A stretch of 64,000 bases of DNA from Planctomycetota bacterium. Lineage in GTDB: Bacteria; Planctomycetota; MHYJ01; WSZJ01. Position numbers and translations under genes: made by a program. Location of the stretch: NCBI GenBank assembly GCA_038060895.1, contig JBBTCT010000015.1:64001-128000 (forward strand), written 5' to 3'. The notes under the pieces were generated by a model. That model searched no databases. It was given only the letters and a program-made list of their open reading frames with translations, and was not told the DNA's origin. Below are positions 40,869 to 53,787 of the stretch, one piece after another (the stretch's first letter is position 1; each line of letters opens with the position of its first letter).

Positions 40869-43391
40869 TTACCGCCACTCGTGCTTCGGGTACTTCCGCT
40901 GAAGCTCTCTCTTGATGCGCGGGTAGTGTTCGCTCCAGAATCTCCCGATGTCCTGCGTTACCTGCACCGGCCGGTTGCTCGGGGCGAGGACGTGGACGGC
41001 GGGCACGACGCGGCCCATCGCGATCGGAGGGATGCGAGTGACGCCGAAGAGCTCCTGGATGCGGAGCGAGATGTGGGGCGCCGCGTCTGCGGCGTAGACG
41101 AGTTTCGGCTTCTTGCCGTTCGAGAGCTCCAGGCGTTCGGGGGCGTGCTTCTCGACCTGCGATTGCAGCGCGGGCCCGACGAGCGCGCGGATTTCGCGAA
41201 GCACTGGGCGGTCGCGGAGGTCTTTCCAGTTCGTCGCGCCTTTGCAGAGCCGTTCCGTGGCCGCGCGACGCTCGGGTTCGCCAGGCGTGACAAGGCCGAG
41301 CTCCGGGCACGTCTTCGCGAGGAATGCGACGCGCAGCAGCCACTGATCGACCGCCGCGTCCCATTCGCGGAACTGCAGCCGGCCTGCGAGGACTTCCTCG
41401 GCGAAGCGCTTCGCGGCCTCCTCCGTGGGGGGCTCGGCGGACCGCTTTGAGATCGCCAGGTCGCGGAAGCGCGTGACTTCCTCGGCTGTCACGCGCTTCG
41501 CTTCCGCGTCGAACCCCACGATGACCTTCCGCGTGAGGTCGAACGGAAAGAGCTCTTCCAGCCACGCCGGCTCGATCGCGGTCACGAGGCCGAGGAGGGT
41601 CTTGTCCTCGCGGCCGCGGCCCTCGACTTCGCGGATCTCGCCTGCGACGAGGAGTGAAGCGCGGCGGACGGCGCTTTCGCGGGCGAGGAGGCCGCGGCGG
41701 CCGTGGACGACTTCGCAGCGGAGAGTGGCGGTGTCGAAGCGGCGGGCGACGCGGTCGGGGAAGCCGGCGAGGACGCAGCGGCGCAAGGCTTCCTCGGGGA
41801 CCTTGCGGTCGTCCACGTCGAGGCCCTCGCGCTTTGCGATCCGCAGGAACTGTTCGAGGGCGGGGCCGACCTGGCGGGCGGCCTGGGCGTGGATCCCGGC
41901 GCGGTGGCAGGCGTCGAAGCGGAAGGCGTTATCGGCGGCGAATTCCCAGGCGCGGATGAGGATCCAGAGATCGGAGGTGTCGCGGTCGCCGAGGACGTCT
42001 TTGCGAAACTCGACGGACATGGAGTCGGCGGAGCGGACGAGAAGGTCGCGCCCCTGCATGATGGCGGCGACGAGCGAAGCGAGGCGGACGCAATGCAGGT
42101 CGTTCGCGGCGAGAAGCATGCGCGCCCAGCGCGGGTGGACGGGGAAGGCGAGGAGGCGGCGGCCGAGGGGCGTGATTTCGAGGGATTCGTCGAGCGCGCC
42201 CAGGTCGCCGAGCAGATTTTCGGCGTGGACCAGCGCCTTCTCCGGCGGCGCGTCCAGCCACCGGAACTTCCGCAGGTCGCCGACGCCGCCGGCCTTCAGC
42301 GCGAGCGCCGCTTCCGCCAGCTCGAGCCTCTTGACCTCCGGCTCTTCTCGCGCGGGCCGCTTCGTGTGTTCGGCCTCGCTCCACAACCGCACGCACGTCC
42401 CGGGCGCGGTGCGGCCGGCGCGTCCGGCGCGCTGGTCGGCGCTGGCGCGGGAGATGGGCTCGATGAAGAGCGTATTGAGGCCGCGGCGGGGGTCGTGGCG
42501 CGGGAGGCGGGCGAGGCCGGAGTCGACGACGAGGCGGATGCCGTCGATGGTGAGCGAGGTTTCGGCGACGTTGGTGGCGACGACGACCTTGCGGCGGTCG
42601 GCGCGGGCGACGGCGGCGTCCTGGTCGCGCGGAGGGAGTTCGCCATGAAGCGGAAGGAGGGAGGCGTCACGGGTTTCGGGGCGGGTCTTGAGGGCCTCGA
42701 TCGTCCGTGAGATGTCCCAGGCGCCGGGCATGAAGACGAGGGCGTCGCCGTCGTTGCCGGCGCGGATCCAGGCGGCGACGGCGTCGGCAGCGGCGTCGTG
42801 CACGGCCGCTTCGGCCACGGCCACATACTCGACGCGCACCGGGAACATCCGTCCCTCGGTTGAGACGGTCGCGCACGGTTTCAGATACGCGTCCAGGGCG
42901 GCTCCGTCGAGCGTCGCGGACATCACGACGATCAGCAGGTCCGGCCGGCCCTTCTCCTGCAGGTCGAGCGCGCGCGCGAGCGCGACGTCTCCTTCGAGGT
43001 GCCGCTCGTGGAACTCGTCGAACACGAGGGCGGTGACCCCCGCGAGCTTCGCGTCGCCCACCATCTGCCGCAGCAGGATGCCTTCCGTCACATACCGGAT
43101 CCGCGTCGCGGGCCCGCTGGCGTTCTCCAGTCGCACCTGGTACCCGACCTCGCGGCCGAGCGGACAGCCCTCCTCCTCCGCGACCCGCGCCGCCAGCATC
43201 CGCGCCGCGATCCGCCGCGGCTGCAGGACCACGGCCTGCCCCTTCCCGAGCAGGCCGCTTCGCAACAGCATGCGCGGCACCTGCGTGGACTTTCCCGATC
43301 CCGTCGGCGCGGAGACCACGACGCGCCGCGTCTCGCGCAGGCGGGCGATCAGGTCGGATTCGATGGCCAGAATGGGGAGCGGCGGAGTCAC
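40869..43391 (-). CDS. hrpB: ATP-dependent DEAH RNA helicase HrpB
   Basis: APTGSGKST, DEFHER, MSAT, ATNVAETSLTIDG, QRAGRAGR and the HrpB C-terminus LAPSNRPVQVTQD..FW..YPKHEW. Confidence 0.93.
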   Translation of the reverse strand: MTPPLPILAIESDLIARLRETRRVVVSAPTGSGKSTQVPRMLLRSGLLGKGQAVVLQPRRIAARMLAARVAEEEGCPLGREVGYQVRLENASGPATRIRYVTEGILLRQMVGDAKLAGVTALVFDEFHERHLEGDVALARALDLQEKGRPDLLIVVMSATLDGAALDAYLKPCATVSTEGRMFPVRVEYVAVAEAAVHDAAADAVAAWIRAGNDGDALVFMPGAWDISRTIEALKTRPETRDASLLPLHGELPPRDQDAAVARADRRKVVVATNVAETSLTIDGIRLVVDSGLARLPRHDPRRGLNTLFIEPISRASADQRAGRAGRTAPGTCVRLWSEAEHTKRPAREEPEVKRLELAEAALALKAGGVGDLRKFRWLDAPPEKALVHAENLLGDLGALDESLEITPLGRRLLAFPVHPRWARMLLAANDLHCVRLASLVAAIMQGRDLLVRSADSMSVEFRKDVLGDRDTSDLWILIRAWEFAADNAFRFDACHRAGIHAQAARQVGPALEQFLRIAKREGLDVDDRKVPEEALRRCVLAGFPDRVARRFDTATLRCEVVHGRRGLLARESAVRRASLLVAGEIREVEGRGREDKTLLGLVTAIEPAWLEELFPFDLTRKVIVGFDAEAKRVTAEEVTRFRDLAISKRSAEPPTEEAAKRFAEEVLAGRLQFREWDAAVDQWLLRVAFLAKTCPELGLVTPGEPERRAATERLCKGATNWKDLRDRPVLREIRALVGPALQSQVEKHAPERLELSNGKKPKLVYAADAAPHISLRIQELFGVTRIPPIAMGRVVPAVHVLAPSNRPVQVTQDIGRFWSEHYPRIKRELQRKYPKHEWR

Positions 43392-43453
43392 GGCGCACCT
43401 TCGTAATCGTTGCGGCCTGCGGTGTCCACCATCACCCGGTATCATCACCGCCC

Positions 43454-46400
43454 ATGGCTCCCGACCGCCTCCTCCACTACATTCGCTATTGGCGCGGGCC
43501 CGAGGCCGCTTCCCTCGACGAGTACCTCGAGAAGGCGGGACAGGATGCCTGGAACAAGCTCTGTGACACGGCGCGTTCGCAGCCGGCGATGATCGACGAC
43601 GAAGTGGTGGCGTGGCTGATCGCAAACGCCCACCGCGCGCCCGGCTCGGTCGTCGCGTCGTTCCTCCAGGTTGCCCGGCAGGACCACCATCGCCGGGCGG
43701 CGTTGAGCGAGGCCGCGCGCGAGGTCATCGCGCGCAACGAGGGAAAGGGGCTCGGCGCCGCCGGGTACCACCTGCACGAGTGCCATTACGTGCTCGACAA
43801 CGAGTGGATTTCCGTCGCCCGTGCCTGGTTCGACGCGGACCCGGAGGGGGCGTGGGGGATCGTCGAAGCGGCGGCGATGTACGAGCCGGAGTTTCTTCTG
43901 CCCGTGCACGTGGACTGGTTTGAGGCGAAGCGCGCCGCGATGCCGGCCGATTACTTCGTGACCATGCTCAGCCTGGCGGGGCACAGGCCGGCGGAAGCGC
44001 CGGGGCTTGTTGAGCGGGCTCTCCGGCATTTCGACGAGCATCCGGTTGCGGCGGTTGAGGGAGCCTGTCGAGCCGCGAGGGACGATGCGGCGCTGCTTGT
44101 GCCCGCGCTGATCGACGCCGTGCTGCGGAACATTTCAGGAAACACCGGGAAGGGATGGGAGTTCTTCGACGGGGCGGCACGGGCGAAGCCGGTGGCGTTC
44201 GACGAAGCGCTTCTCGACCGGCTGGATGCCGCGGCAAGTACGGACGCCGGGACGCTGTTCTCCGTACTGCGAAGCCTGATGCGCGCCGACGCCGACCGGG
44301 TTCCACGCCTCATGGACCGTTACGTGGCCCTTCTCCGCCGCCACCCCGAGAAGGGAATTGACGCGGTGCGTTACGCGTTCCAGCAGGAGGAAATCCGGCT
44401 GATCCGGCCCGACCTGGTCAGGGCCGTGTGCGACGGATTTGCATCCAACGCCCGCGCCGCCTTCGAACTCCTCCACAGGTGCCTGCTCGACAGGCCGGAG
44501 CTGATCGGGAAACCTGAAGTGGACGTTGCCATCCAGAACATCACGCACGACACGACGGCCGATTTCTATTTCTTCCGCGAACTGCTCAAACTGCGGCCGG
44601 AATTCACCCCGGAGGGGACGCTGGCGCTCTTTGAAGTCATCGCGGCCACCCCGGCGCGGCATGGCCATGCCCGGGCCGAGGAAATCGCCGAGGTGATGGC
44701 GATTTCGGAGGCAGCGCACATCCGGACCGGCCTCGAAAACGCTCTTCGCGAACCCCCGCGCGTCGGGAAGCGGCGCGCTCGCGCGCTGATGGCCATCATG
44801 TTCCGGCAGAAATTGCGGGCACGCCGGCACGTCCTGCTCGAGGCGCTCCGGTATGCGGGAGGCGTCGTGCTCTGGCGCAAGATTCCGCCCGCGGCGCCCG
44901 GCGGAAAAGAGGAGTCCGAGAAGTTCTCCCCCGTCTGGGACTTCGTCATGTCGATCATCGACCACAGCGGCGACGACGCGATCTCGACCGCGGCCGCGGA
45001 GCGCTTCCTCGAAGGCGCGTTTCAGTTGAGCTATCTCTGCCGCACCGGCGCCGAGCACGACCAGTTCCTCCGCAAGCTCGATACCGCCTACCCCCCGGCT
45101 CATGCCTTTCCGGCGGTGGCGGGGTTCCTCGACGCCGACCCCGAAATCTCGGCCCTGTTCTCGCTGGTGATCGAGCTCGGAAGCCGCTTCCACACCCAGC
45201 CGCGGATCGCTCCGCTCGACCAATTCGCGAGCCGGCTCCAGAACGCCGAAATCGAGTTGCGCGCGATCGAGGACATGCTCGACCAGGCCGAGGCCGGCCG
45301 CCGCGAAAAACTTGTCGAGCGACAGAAGACGCTGAACAAGCAGGTTGCGATCTGGATCAACCCGGCGTACGCACGGGCGTTCTCGGACCCCGAGGCGGAG
45401 AAACGACTCCCGGAGCCTGCCCAGGCTCTGCTTCGCCGCGAAAAGAAAGATCTCGTCAAGCACCTGCGCGATTCGCTCCGCGCCGAGGCGATCCGCATCG
45501 CCGTCGCTTCGGTCGATAAGACCCGCCTCGAGCTCTACCAGAACCGGCTCCGCGAAGTCCTGGGGCACGACGTGGACATCGCATCGGTCGAGCCACGGAT
45601 CCTCCCGTCGTTCCTCTGGTTCCAGGCGATCGGCGCGATGCCGAGGAACACGAAGTACCTGAAGCGGCTGATCGAGGACCGGATTGCGGGAAGGGGGCAC
45701 GACTGGCTGCGGACGGAGCCGGCGGTGGTGGAGTGGGCGGGGAAGGTGCTGAAGGGGCAACCCGGGGCGGTTATCGATCGCTGGCGCGCGGAATTCACGC
45801 GGGAGTACCAGTACCGGCCGAAGGACGCGCTGGCGGAAAAGAAGCGGAGGATCAAGGCTGACCTGTCGCAGGCACGGCAGATCCTCGAGAAGGCGGGGGC
45901 GAAGGGGATCGCATCCGAGAGTTACGACGATCTGGCGGCGAAGCTGGCGGAGTTGAAGGCGCCCGCGCCGAAGATCAAGGAGAAGGAGGGGGAAAAAGGG
46001 CAGGAGGAGGAACTGGCCGCAGATCCTGCGCTGCTCCAGGAGGTCGAGATGAACCTCGAGCGAGCGCGCCTCGCAGACCAGACGCCGGATTCCGATTTCG
46101 AAGGGCGCCTCACGCTCAGCGTGGAGACCGACCCATTCGAGATTCTCTTCATGGGCGAATACGGATTCGCTTCCTGCCTCGCCCTTCGCGGCTCGAACGC
46201 GTGGAGCGCCGTCTCCAACGCCGTGGACATCGACAAGGTCATCATCTGGGCGAAAGAGCCCGGGGGAAACGTCGTCGGCCGCCGGTTGCTCGCTTTGACT
46301 CCCGACGGAATCCTGACGTTTCGCACCTACACCAACCGGCACGGGCTTGCGCTGGACCGCGCCTTCGCGGAGTTCGTCGAGGAGTACGCGAAACACTGCG

Positions 46401-46474
46401 GCGTCGGGTTGGCGCGTGACGGGCACCCGGGACCGCTTCTCAGCGACCGGTGGTACGACGACGGCGCGGTTTGA
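43454..46474 (+). CDS. Large hypothetical protein: helical-repeat N-terminus, conserved-looking C-terminal domain
   Basis: 1006-aa ORF with typical codon usage; C-terminus DPFEILFMG...SCL..GSNAWSA..N..D. Confidence 0.8.
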   Translation: MAPDRLLHYIRYWRGPEAASLDEYLEKAGQDAWNKLCDTARSQPAMIDDEVVAWLIANAHRAPGSVVASFLQVARQDHHRRAALSEAAREVIARNEGKGLGAAGYHLHECHYVLDNEWISVARAWFDADPEGAWGIVEAAAMYEPEFLLPVHVDWFEAKRAAMPADYFVTMLSLAGHRPAEAPGLVERALRHFDEHPVAAVEGACRAARDDAALLVPALIDAVLRNISGNTGKGWEFFDGAARAKPVAFDEALLDRLDAAASTDAGTLFSVLRSLMRADADRVPRLMDRYVALLRRHPEKGIDAVRYAFQQEEIRLIRPDLVRAVCDGFASNARAAFELLHRCLLDRPELIGKPEVDVAIQNITHDTTADFYFFRELLKLRPEFTPEGTLALFEVIAATPARHGHARAEEIAEVMAISEAAHIRTGLENALREPPRVGKRRARALMAIMFRQKLRARRHVLLEALRYAGGVVLWRKIPPAAPGGKEESEKFSPVWDFVMSIIDHSGDDAISTAAAERFLEGAFQLSYLCRTGAEHDQFLRKLDTAYPPAHAFPAVAGFLDADPEISALFSLVIELGSRFHTQPRIAPLDQFASRLQNAEIELRAIEDMLDQAEAGRREKLVERQKTLNKQVAIWINPAYARAFSDPEAEKRLPEPAQALLRREKKDLVKHLRDSLRAEAIRIAVASVDKTRLELYQNRLREVLGHDVDIASVEPRILPSFLWFQAIGAMPRNTKYLKRLIEDRIAGRGHDWLRTEPAVVEWAGKVLKGQPGAVIDRWRAEFTREYQYRPKDALAEKKRRIKADLSQARQILEKAGAKGIASESYDDLAAKLAELKAPAPKIKEKEGEKGQEEELAADPALLQEVEMNLERARLADQTPDSDFEGRLTLSVETDPFEILFMGEYGFASCLALRGSNAWSAVSNAVDIDKVIIWAKEPGGNVVGRRLLALTPDGILTFRTYTNRHGLALDRAFAEFVEEYAKHCGVGLARDGHPGPLLSDRWYDDGAV

Positions 46475-46507
46475 TCGCTTCCCGTACCTGCCCCGCCGCG
46501 CTACAAC

Positions 46508-47970
46508 GTGGAGATGCGCCGCACAAAGATCCTCGCCACGCTGGGCCCTGCCTCCGCGAAATCCGGCGTCATCGAGGCCCTGCTCGACGCCGGGCTCGAC
46601 GCCGTCCGGCTGAACTTCTCGCATGGAACGCATGACTCGCACGCCGCCGCGTACCGCCTGGTTCGGGAAGCAGCGAAGAAGGCGGGGCGCGCGGTGGCGA
46701 TCCTGCAGGACCTGCAGGGGCCAAAGATCCGCGTCGGGAACATCGCGAATCCCGGGATGGAAGTGCCGACAGGGTCCCGTCTGACGATCACCACGCGGAC
46801 CTGCGACGGCGCGAACGGTCTCGTCTCGACGGAATACAAGGACCTGCCGAAGGACGTGAAGAAGGGCGACCGGATCCTGCTCGACGACGGGAACTTCGAG
46901 CTGAAGGTGCTCGAAGTGAAGTCGCAGGAGGTTGTCTGCTACGTCGTCGAAGGCGGACTGCTGAAATCACACAAGGGGATCAACGTCCCCGGCGCCGCGC
47001 TTTCGGCCGGCGCCCTCACCGAAAAGGACCGCGAGGACGCACTCTTCGGCCTCGCCCTCGGCGTGGACTTCATCGCGCTGTCGTTCGTCCGCCACGCTTC
47101 GGACATCGAGGAACTCCGCGCGCTGATGAAGAAGGCAGGGAAGTCGGCGCCGATCATCGCGAAGATCGAGAAGCCGCAGGCGGTGGATGCGCTCGACGAG
47201 ATCATCGCAGTTGCGGACGGCGTGATGGTGGCGCGAGGCGACCTGGGAGTCGAAGTGAGCCTGGAGATGATCCCGGTGTTCCAGAAGCGGATCATCGAGC
47301 GTGCGAACCGCGCGGGAAAGCTCGTCATCACGGCGACCCAGATGCTCGAGAGCATGACGGAGAACCCGCTTCCGACTCGCGCCGAGGTGACCGACGTCGC
47401 CAACGCCATCCTCGACGGCACGGACGCGGTGATGCTGAGCGGCGAGACGGCGGTGGGTAAGTACCCGGTTGAGACCGTGAAGCGGATGGCGGCGATTGCG
47501 GAAGCCACGGAGGACAATCTGTTCGATTTCTCGCACGGCGTGCACCCGGTGAGCAAGGCGGAGAAGGGCGACTTTACACCCGCGGTCGTCCGTCTCGCGG
47601 GCCACGCGGCACGCGAGTGCGACCCGGCGGCCATGGTGGTCTTCACCCGGAGCGGCCGCAGCGCGCGTCTGCTGTCGGACGAGCGGCCGAAGGCGCCGAT
47701 CGTGGCGTTCACGACGGGCGAGGACACGTACAACAGGCTGTCGCTCTATTGGGGCGTCCGCTCGCGGCATGTCGGGGAAATGGCGTCGACCGAAGCGGTC
47801 CTTGCACTCGGCGAGCGCCGCCTGATCGAAGAGCGGCTGGCCGCGGTCGGCGACACGGTGGTCTTCCTCCTCGGCACGAACACGGCCCCGGGCGCGACGA
47901 ACTCCGTCAAGATCGCGCGCGTGGGCGACGTCGAGCGCGAGACCGTGGTCCAACGGAAAGGCCGCCCGAA

Positions 47971-47974
<4 letters not shown>
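46508..47974 (+). CDS. pyk: Pyruvate kinase
   Basis: RRTKILATLGPAS, RLNFSHG, DLQGPKIR, IIAKIEK, MVARGDLG and VMLSGETA. Confidence 0.97.
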
Positions 47975-50641
<2,667 letters not shown>

Positions 50642-50645
50642 GACC

Positions 50646-51074
50646 ATGACGGACGACGCGATTCGCTGCCGCACGGCGGATGCCGCGGACGCGGAATTCT
50701 GCCTCGGGCAGGATTCCGCGGTGACCCAGGCGTACGTCACCCGCAAAATTGAGGCGGGGGAGTGCTACGTCGCCGAATCGGGCGGTGCGCCGGCCGGATA
50801 CCTGCGGATCGAGATGATGTGGGGGCTCGTCCCACACATCGGCATAGTGCAGGTGGCCGACGGGGTGCGCGTGAAGGGGGTCGGCCGCGCGCTGGTGGAG
50901 CACGTCAGGGGGCTGATGCGAGCGAAGGGCGAGCGGTTCCTTTTCAGCTCGGCAGGAGCCGCCGACGAGGGCACTCGCGTGTGGCACGAGAAAATCGGAT
51001 TCGAGGCGTGTGGCGAGATCCGCGGAGTGCTGGAGGGCGAAGAGCTCGAGATTTTCTACCGCCTGAAGACCTGA
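50646..51074 (+). CDS. GNAT family acetyltransferase
   Basis: VRVKGVGRALV and WHEKIGF. Confidence 0.85.
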   Translation: MTDDAIRCRTADAADAEFCLGQDSAVTQAYVTRKIEAGECYVAESGGAPAGYLRIEMMWGLVPHIGIVQVADGVRVKGVGRALVEHVRGLMRAKGERFLFSSAGAADEGTRVWHEKIGFEACGEIRGVLEGEELEIFYRLKT

Positions 51075-51106
51075 CCCCGCCCGCGGCAGATCCGCCGCGG
51101 GCGGGG
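51075..51106. terminator. Hairpin between convergent genes
   Basis: CCCCGCCCGCGGC-AGATCC-GCCGCGGGCGGGG, a 13-bp perfect stem. Confidence 0.7.
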
Positions 51107-51113
51107 CCGGCAC

Positions 51114-51668
51114 TTACTTTTTCCGCGTGTTGGTGTACTCCGCCGCCAGGAACTGCTTGCCGTCTTCGCCCGGGAACCAGAATTCCATCGTGTACTCGTC
51201 GTCGTCCGTGAAGCGGAAGACGGCTTTCGCTTTCATCTCCTGGCCGTCGGGGAGCTCTTCGGCGCCTTCGAGCGTGAGGACCTTGCCTTCCTTGTCGAAC
51301 TGGCCCTCGGTGACCACGAACCCGCCCGTTTCGGCGATGAAGAAGATAAAGAAGTATTTCTTCAGGTACAGGTTGTAGCCGAAGGTCGCCATCGACTCGG
51401 ACTTCTTGCCGCCTATCTCCGTGGAGCCGACCGACTGGAGGTAGACGCCCGACAGCACGAACTTGTTCTCGATCGTGCCCTTTCCCTTCATGGGCTCCGC
51501 CCCCGCCATCATCGAGTATTTCGCGGTCACCTCCCACGTGCCCTCCAGCTTCTTCAGCTTCGCGTGGGCGTCGGCGGGCTTCAACGGAACACCCGGCTCT
51601 TCGGATTCCCCGCGAAGCGTCATGACGATGCCGAGGACAACGGCCAGCAGCGGAAGTCTCCTGCGCAT
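51114..51668 (-). CDS. DUF1579-like secreted beta-barrel protein
   Basis: AGGAG RBS, signal peptide, HAKLKKLEGTW, FGYN..KKY and YTMEFW. Confidence 0.8.
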   Translation of the reverse strand: MRRRLPLLAVVLGIVMTLRGESEEPGVPLKPADAHAKLKKLEGTWEVTAKYSMMAGAEPMKGKGTIENKFVLSGVYLQSVGSTEIGGKKSESMATFGYNLYLKKYFFIFFIAETGGFVVTEGQFDKEGKVLTLEGAEELPDGQEMKAKAVFRFTDDDEYTMEFWFPGEDGKQFLAAEYTNTRKK

Positions 51669-51701
51669 ATCGTGTCTCCTTGGAAGCAATTGCCGGCCGG
51701 T

Positions 51702-53720
51702 TCAGCGGCCGAGCGTGAGGTTTGCGATGCGTTCGCCACGGACGATCTCGAGCCGGATTCCCTCGGCCCGTCCTGCAGCCCAGCGTTCGACCAGGTCGGC
51801 GGCCTCGAACTCATCCATCACGACCTCGGGCGAGCCTTCGCCCGAGCGGCGGGAGCGCCAGATCACGTCTCCTGGCAGTAGGCCGGCCTTTGCCGCGGGG
51901 CCTTCGGGGGTGACGCTGACGACGAGGATGCCCTTCTCGAGCATCAGTCGCTCCCGCTCGATGGGACCGATTGCGGCAAGGTCGAGGCCCAATGCGACGC
52001 CCCATTCGCGCCGCGCGGCGACTTCCACCGGGTCGAGCGAAGGCGCACGGCGCCGATTGCCCGGGTACGCATGGAGTTCCTCATGCAGCCGGCGGAACTC
52101 GATGTCCTTCAACGCGCACGCCGCGGCGATTTCCATGGAACCCTGCATGCCCTGCTCGCCATCGCCCCATGACCGCACGGCCCATGTCTCGAGCCAGAGA
52201 GCTTCCTGCCCCCAGGACTCGACGACGCGGGACCGAAGCGCTTCCCCCGAATCCGCCTCCATCAGGGCGTCGTGGAGGTCCCATGCGTCTGGCGCCGGCG
52301 GGACGATGCCGGCGAGCCCGGCGGCGCGGAGGCGGGCCGAGATGAACCCGGCAAGGTCGTTTTCCATCATCGCAGCGCGCCGCGGAGCCTTCTCGGCCGC
52401 GCGCGCCGCCCGCGCGCGGCCCAGCGCCTCGGCCGCCGCTTCGGCCAGTTTCACAATCTGTGCGCGGCGGCCGGGGCCTGGCGGAAGCGTATCCCACGCC
52501 TTGTCGAACTCGCGGCGGATGCCGAGGAGGTCGCGCCAGGCGGACCACCATGGGGCGGGAAGGGATTCGATCTCGAGGATTTCGAGCAGTTCGGCTTCGC
52601 GCACGCCGTCGCCGGGCCGCAGCCGGGCGCGGACACGGAGGCGCGTGGCAGGAACGGCGGCCACGGCATCGCCTTTGAGGAATGCGCGAAGATCGAGGGA
52701 GTCGGATGCGGCGAGGCCGGCCAGCCGCAGATCGTCGGCGAATTTCCAGCCGCCGGCCCGGCCGATCTCGGGGAAGTCAGGCATCGCGCTGGAATAGACG
52801 CGCTGCGCTCCGCCGAGCGCCCCCGCATCCGGCTCGGCGAGAGTCAGTCCCCCGTGGGCGCGCATCAGGAATCCGTCCGCAGTGCGCACCGGGCCGGACT
52901 TCTCCCTCGGGTTCGCGGGTGCGACGGCGCCGCCGCCGCCCGGCGCGGGGCCTTCATTCGAATTGGAGGTGCCGCCGGCCGCGGTGCGCGCATTGGAATC
53001 CTCGACGACACCGGGATTGTCTCGCCCCTTCCACGCCATCCACGCCGCGATCAGGACGAGCAAAGCCGTGGCCGCAGCCAGCGCCGCCGGCTTTCTGCGC
53101 GATTCCGCGTGCCCGGTGGGTCCCGGATGCGTACGCCTCGCCCGAATCCCGTCGCGCACCCGTCCCTCGAGCCCCGGCGGGATGTCCACGGCCCCACACG
53201 CCGACAGCTCCGTCTCGAGCGCGGCGAGCAGCGCCACGGTCGCCGCGCCCGCCAGGACCGACCGGAGGTGCCGAAGCGCCGTGCTGATCCGGCTGGAAAC
53301 CGTTCCTTCCGGGATCTCGAGCGCCGCGGCGCACTCCGGAAGCGTCATCCCCTGGAAGTAGTGCAGGTCCACGGCCGACCGCTGGTCTTCCGGAAGGGCC
53401 ATGACCTTTTCGCGCAACTCTCCGCGGAACGCCGCCTCCGCAGGGTCCGCCCCCTCTTGCGACGTCATCGCGGCCTCTCTTTCCTGGCGGCGTTTTTCGC
53501 CCCGGCGCGCATTCAGCGCGCGGTTCCTGGCGGCGCGAGCCAGCACGGCACGGACGCTGAGGGCCCCGTCGAGGGCGGAAGGATTCTCCAGGACGTAAAC
53601 GAACACGTCCTGGGCGACGTCCTCGGCGGAGGCCGAATCCCGCAGCACGCCGAGCGCGACGCGGTAGACCAGCGCGTGGTGGTCGCGGACGAGGGAATCG
53701 AGCGGGGTCATGGCCGTCAT
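51702..53720 (-). CDS. ECF sigma factor fused to a TM helix and extracytoplasmic region with PDZ domain
   Basis: AEDVAQDVF, LHYFQGMTLPECAAALEIPEGTVSSRIS, a TM helix and GILVVSVTPEGPAAKAGLLPGDVI. Confidence 0.88.
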   Translation of the reverse strand: MTAMTPLDSLVRDHHALVYRVALGVLRDSASAEDVAQDVFVYVLENPSALDGALSVRAVLARAARNRALNARRGEKRRQEREAAMTSQEGADPAEAAFRGELREKVMALPEDQRSAVDLHYFQGMTLPECAAALEIPEGTVSSRISTALRHLRSVLAGAATVALLAALETELSACGAVDIPPGLEGRVRDGIRARRTHPGPTGHAESRRKPAALAAATALLVLIAAWMAWKGRDNPGVVEDSNARTAAGGTSNSNEGPAPGGGGAVAPANPREKSGPVRTADGFLMRAHGGLTLAEPDAGALGGAQRVYSSAMPDFPEIGRAGGWKFADDLRLAGLAASDSLDLRAFLKGDAVAAVPATRLRVRARLRPGDGVREAELLEILEIESLPAPWWSAWRDLLGIRREFDKAWDTLPPGPGRRAQIVKLAEAAAEALGRARAARAAEKAPRRAAMMENDLAGFISARLRAAGLAGIVPPAPDAWDLHDALMEADSGEALRSRVVESWGQEALWLETWAVRSWGDGEQGMQGSMEIAAACALKDIEFRRLHEELHAYPGNRRRAPSLDPVEVAARREWGVALGLDLAAIGPIERERLMLEKGILVVSVTPEGPAAKAGLLPGDVIWRSRRSGEGSPEVVMDEFEAADLVERWAAGRAEGIRLEIVRGERIANLTLGR

Positions 53721-53787
53721 GATGGTAAGACACCACGGACGGCCGGACCCCTCGACAAAATCCGGAATTGTTCCCTCGACTCCCGGC

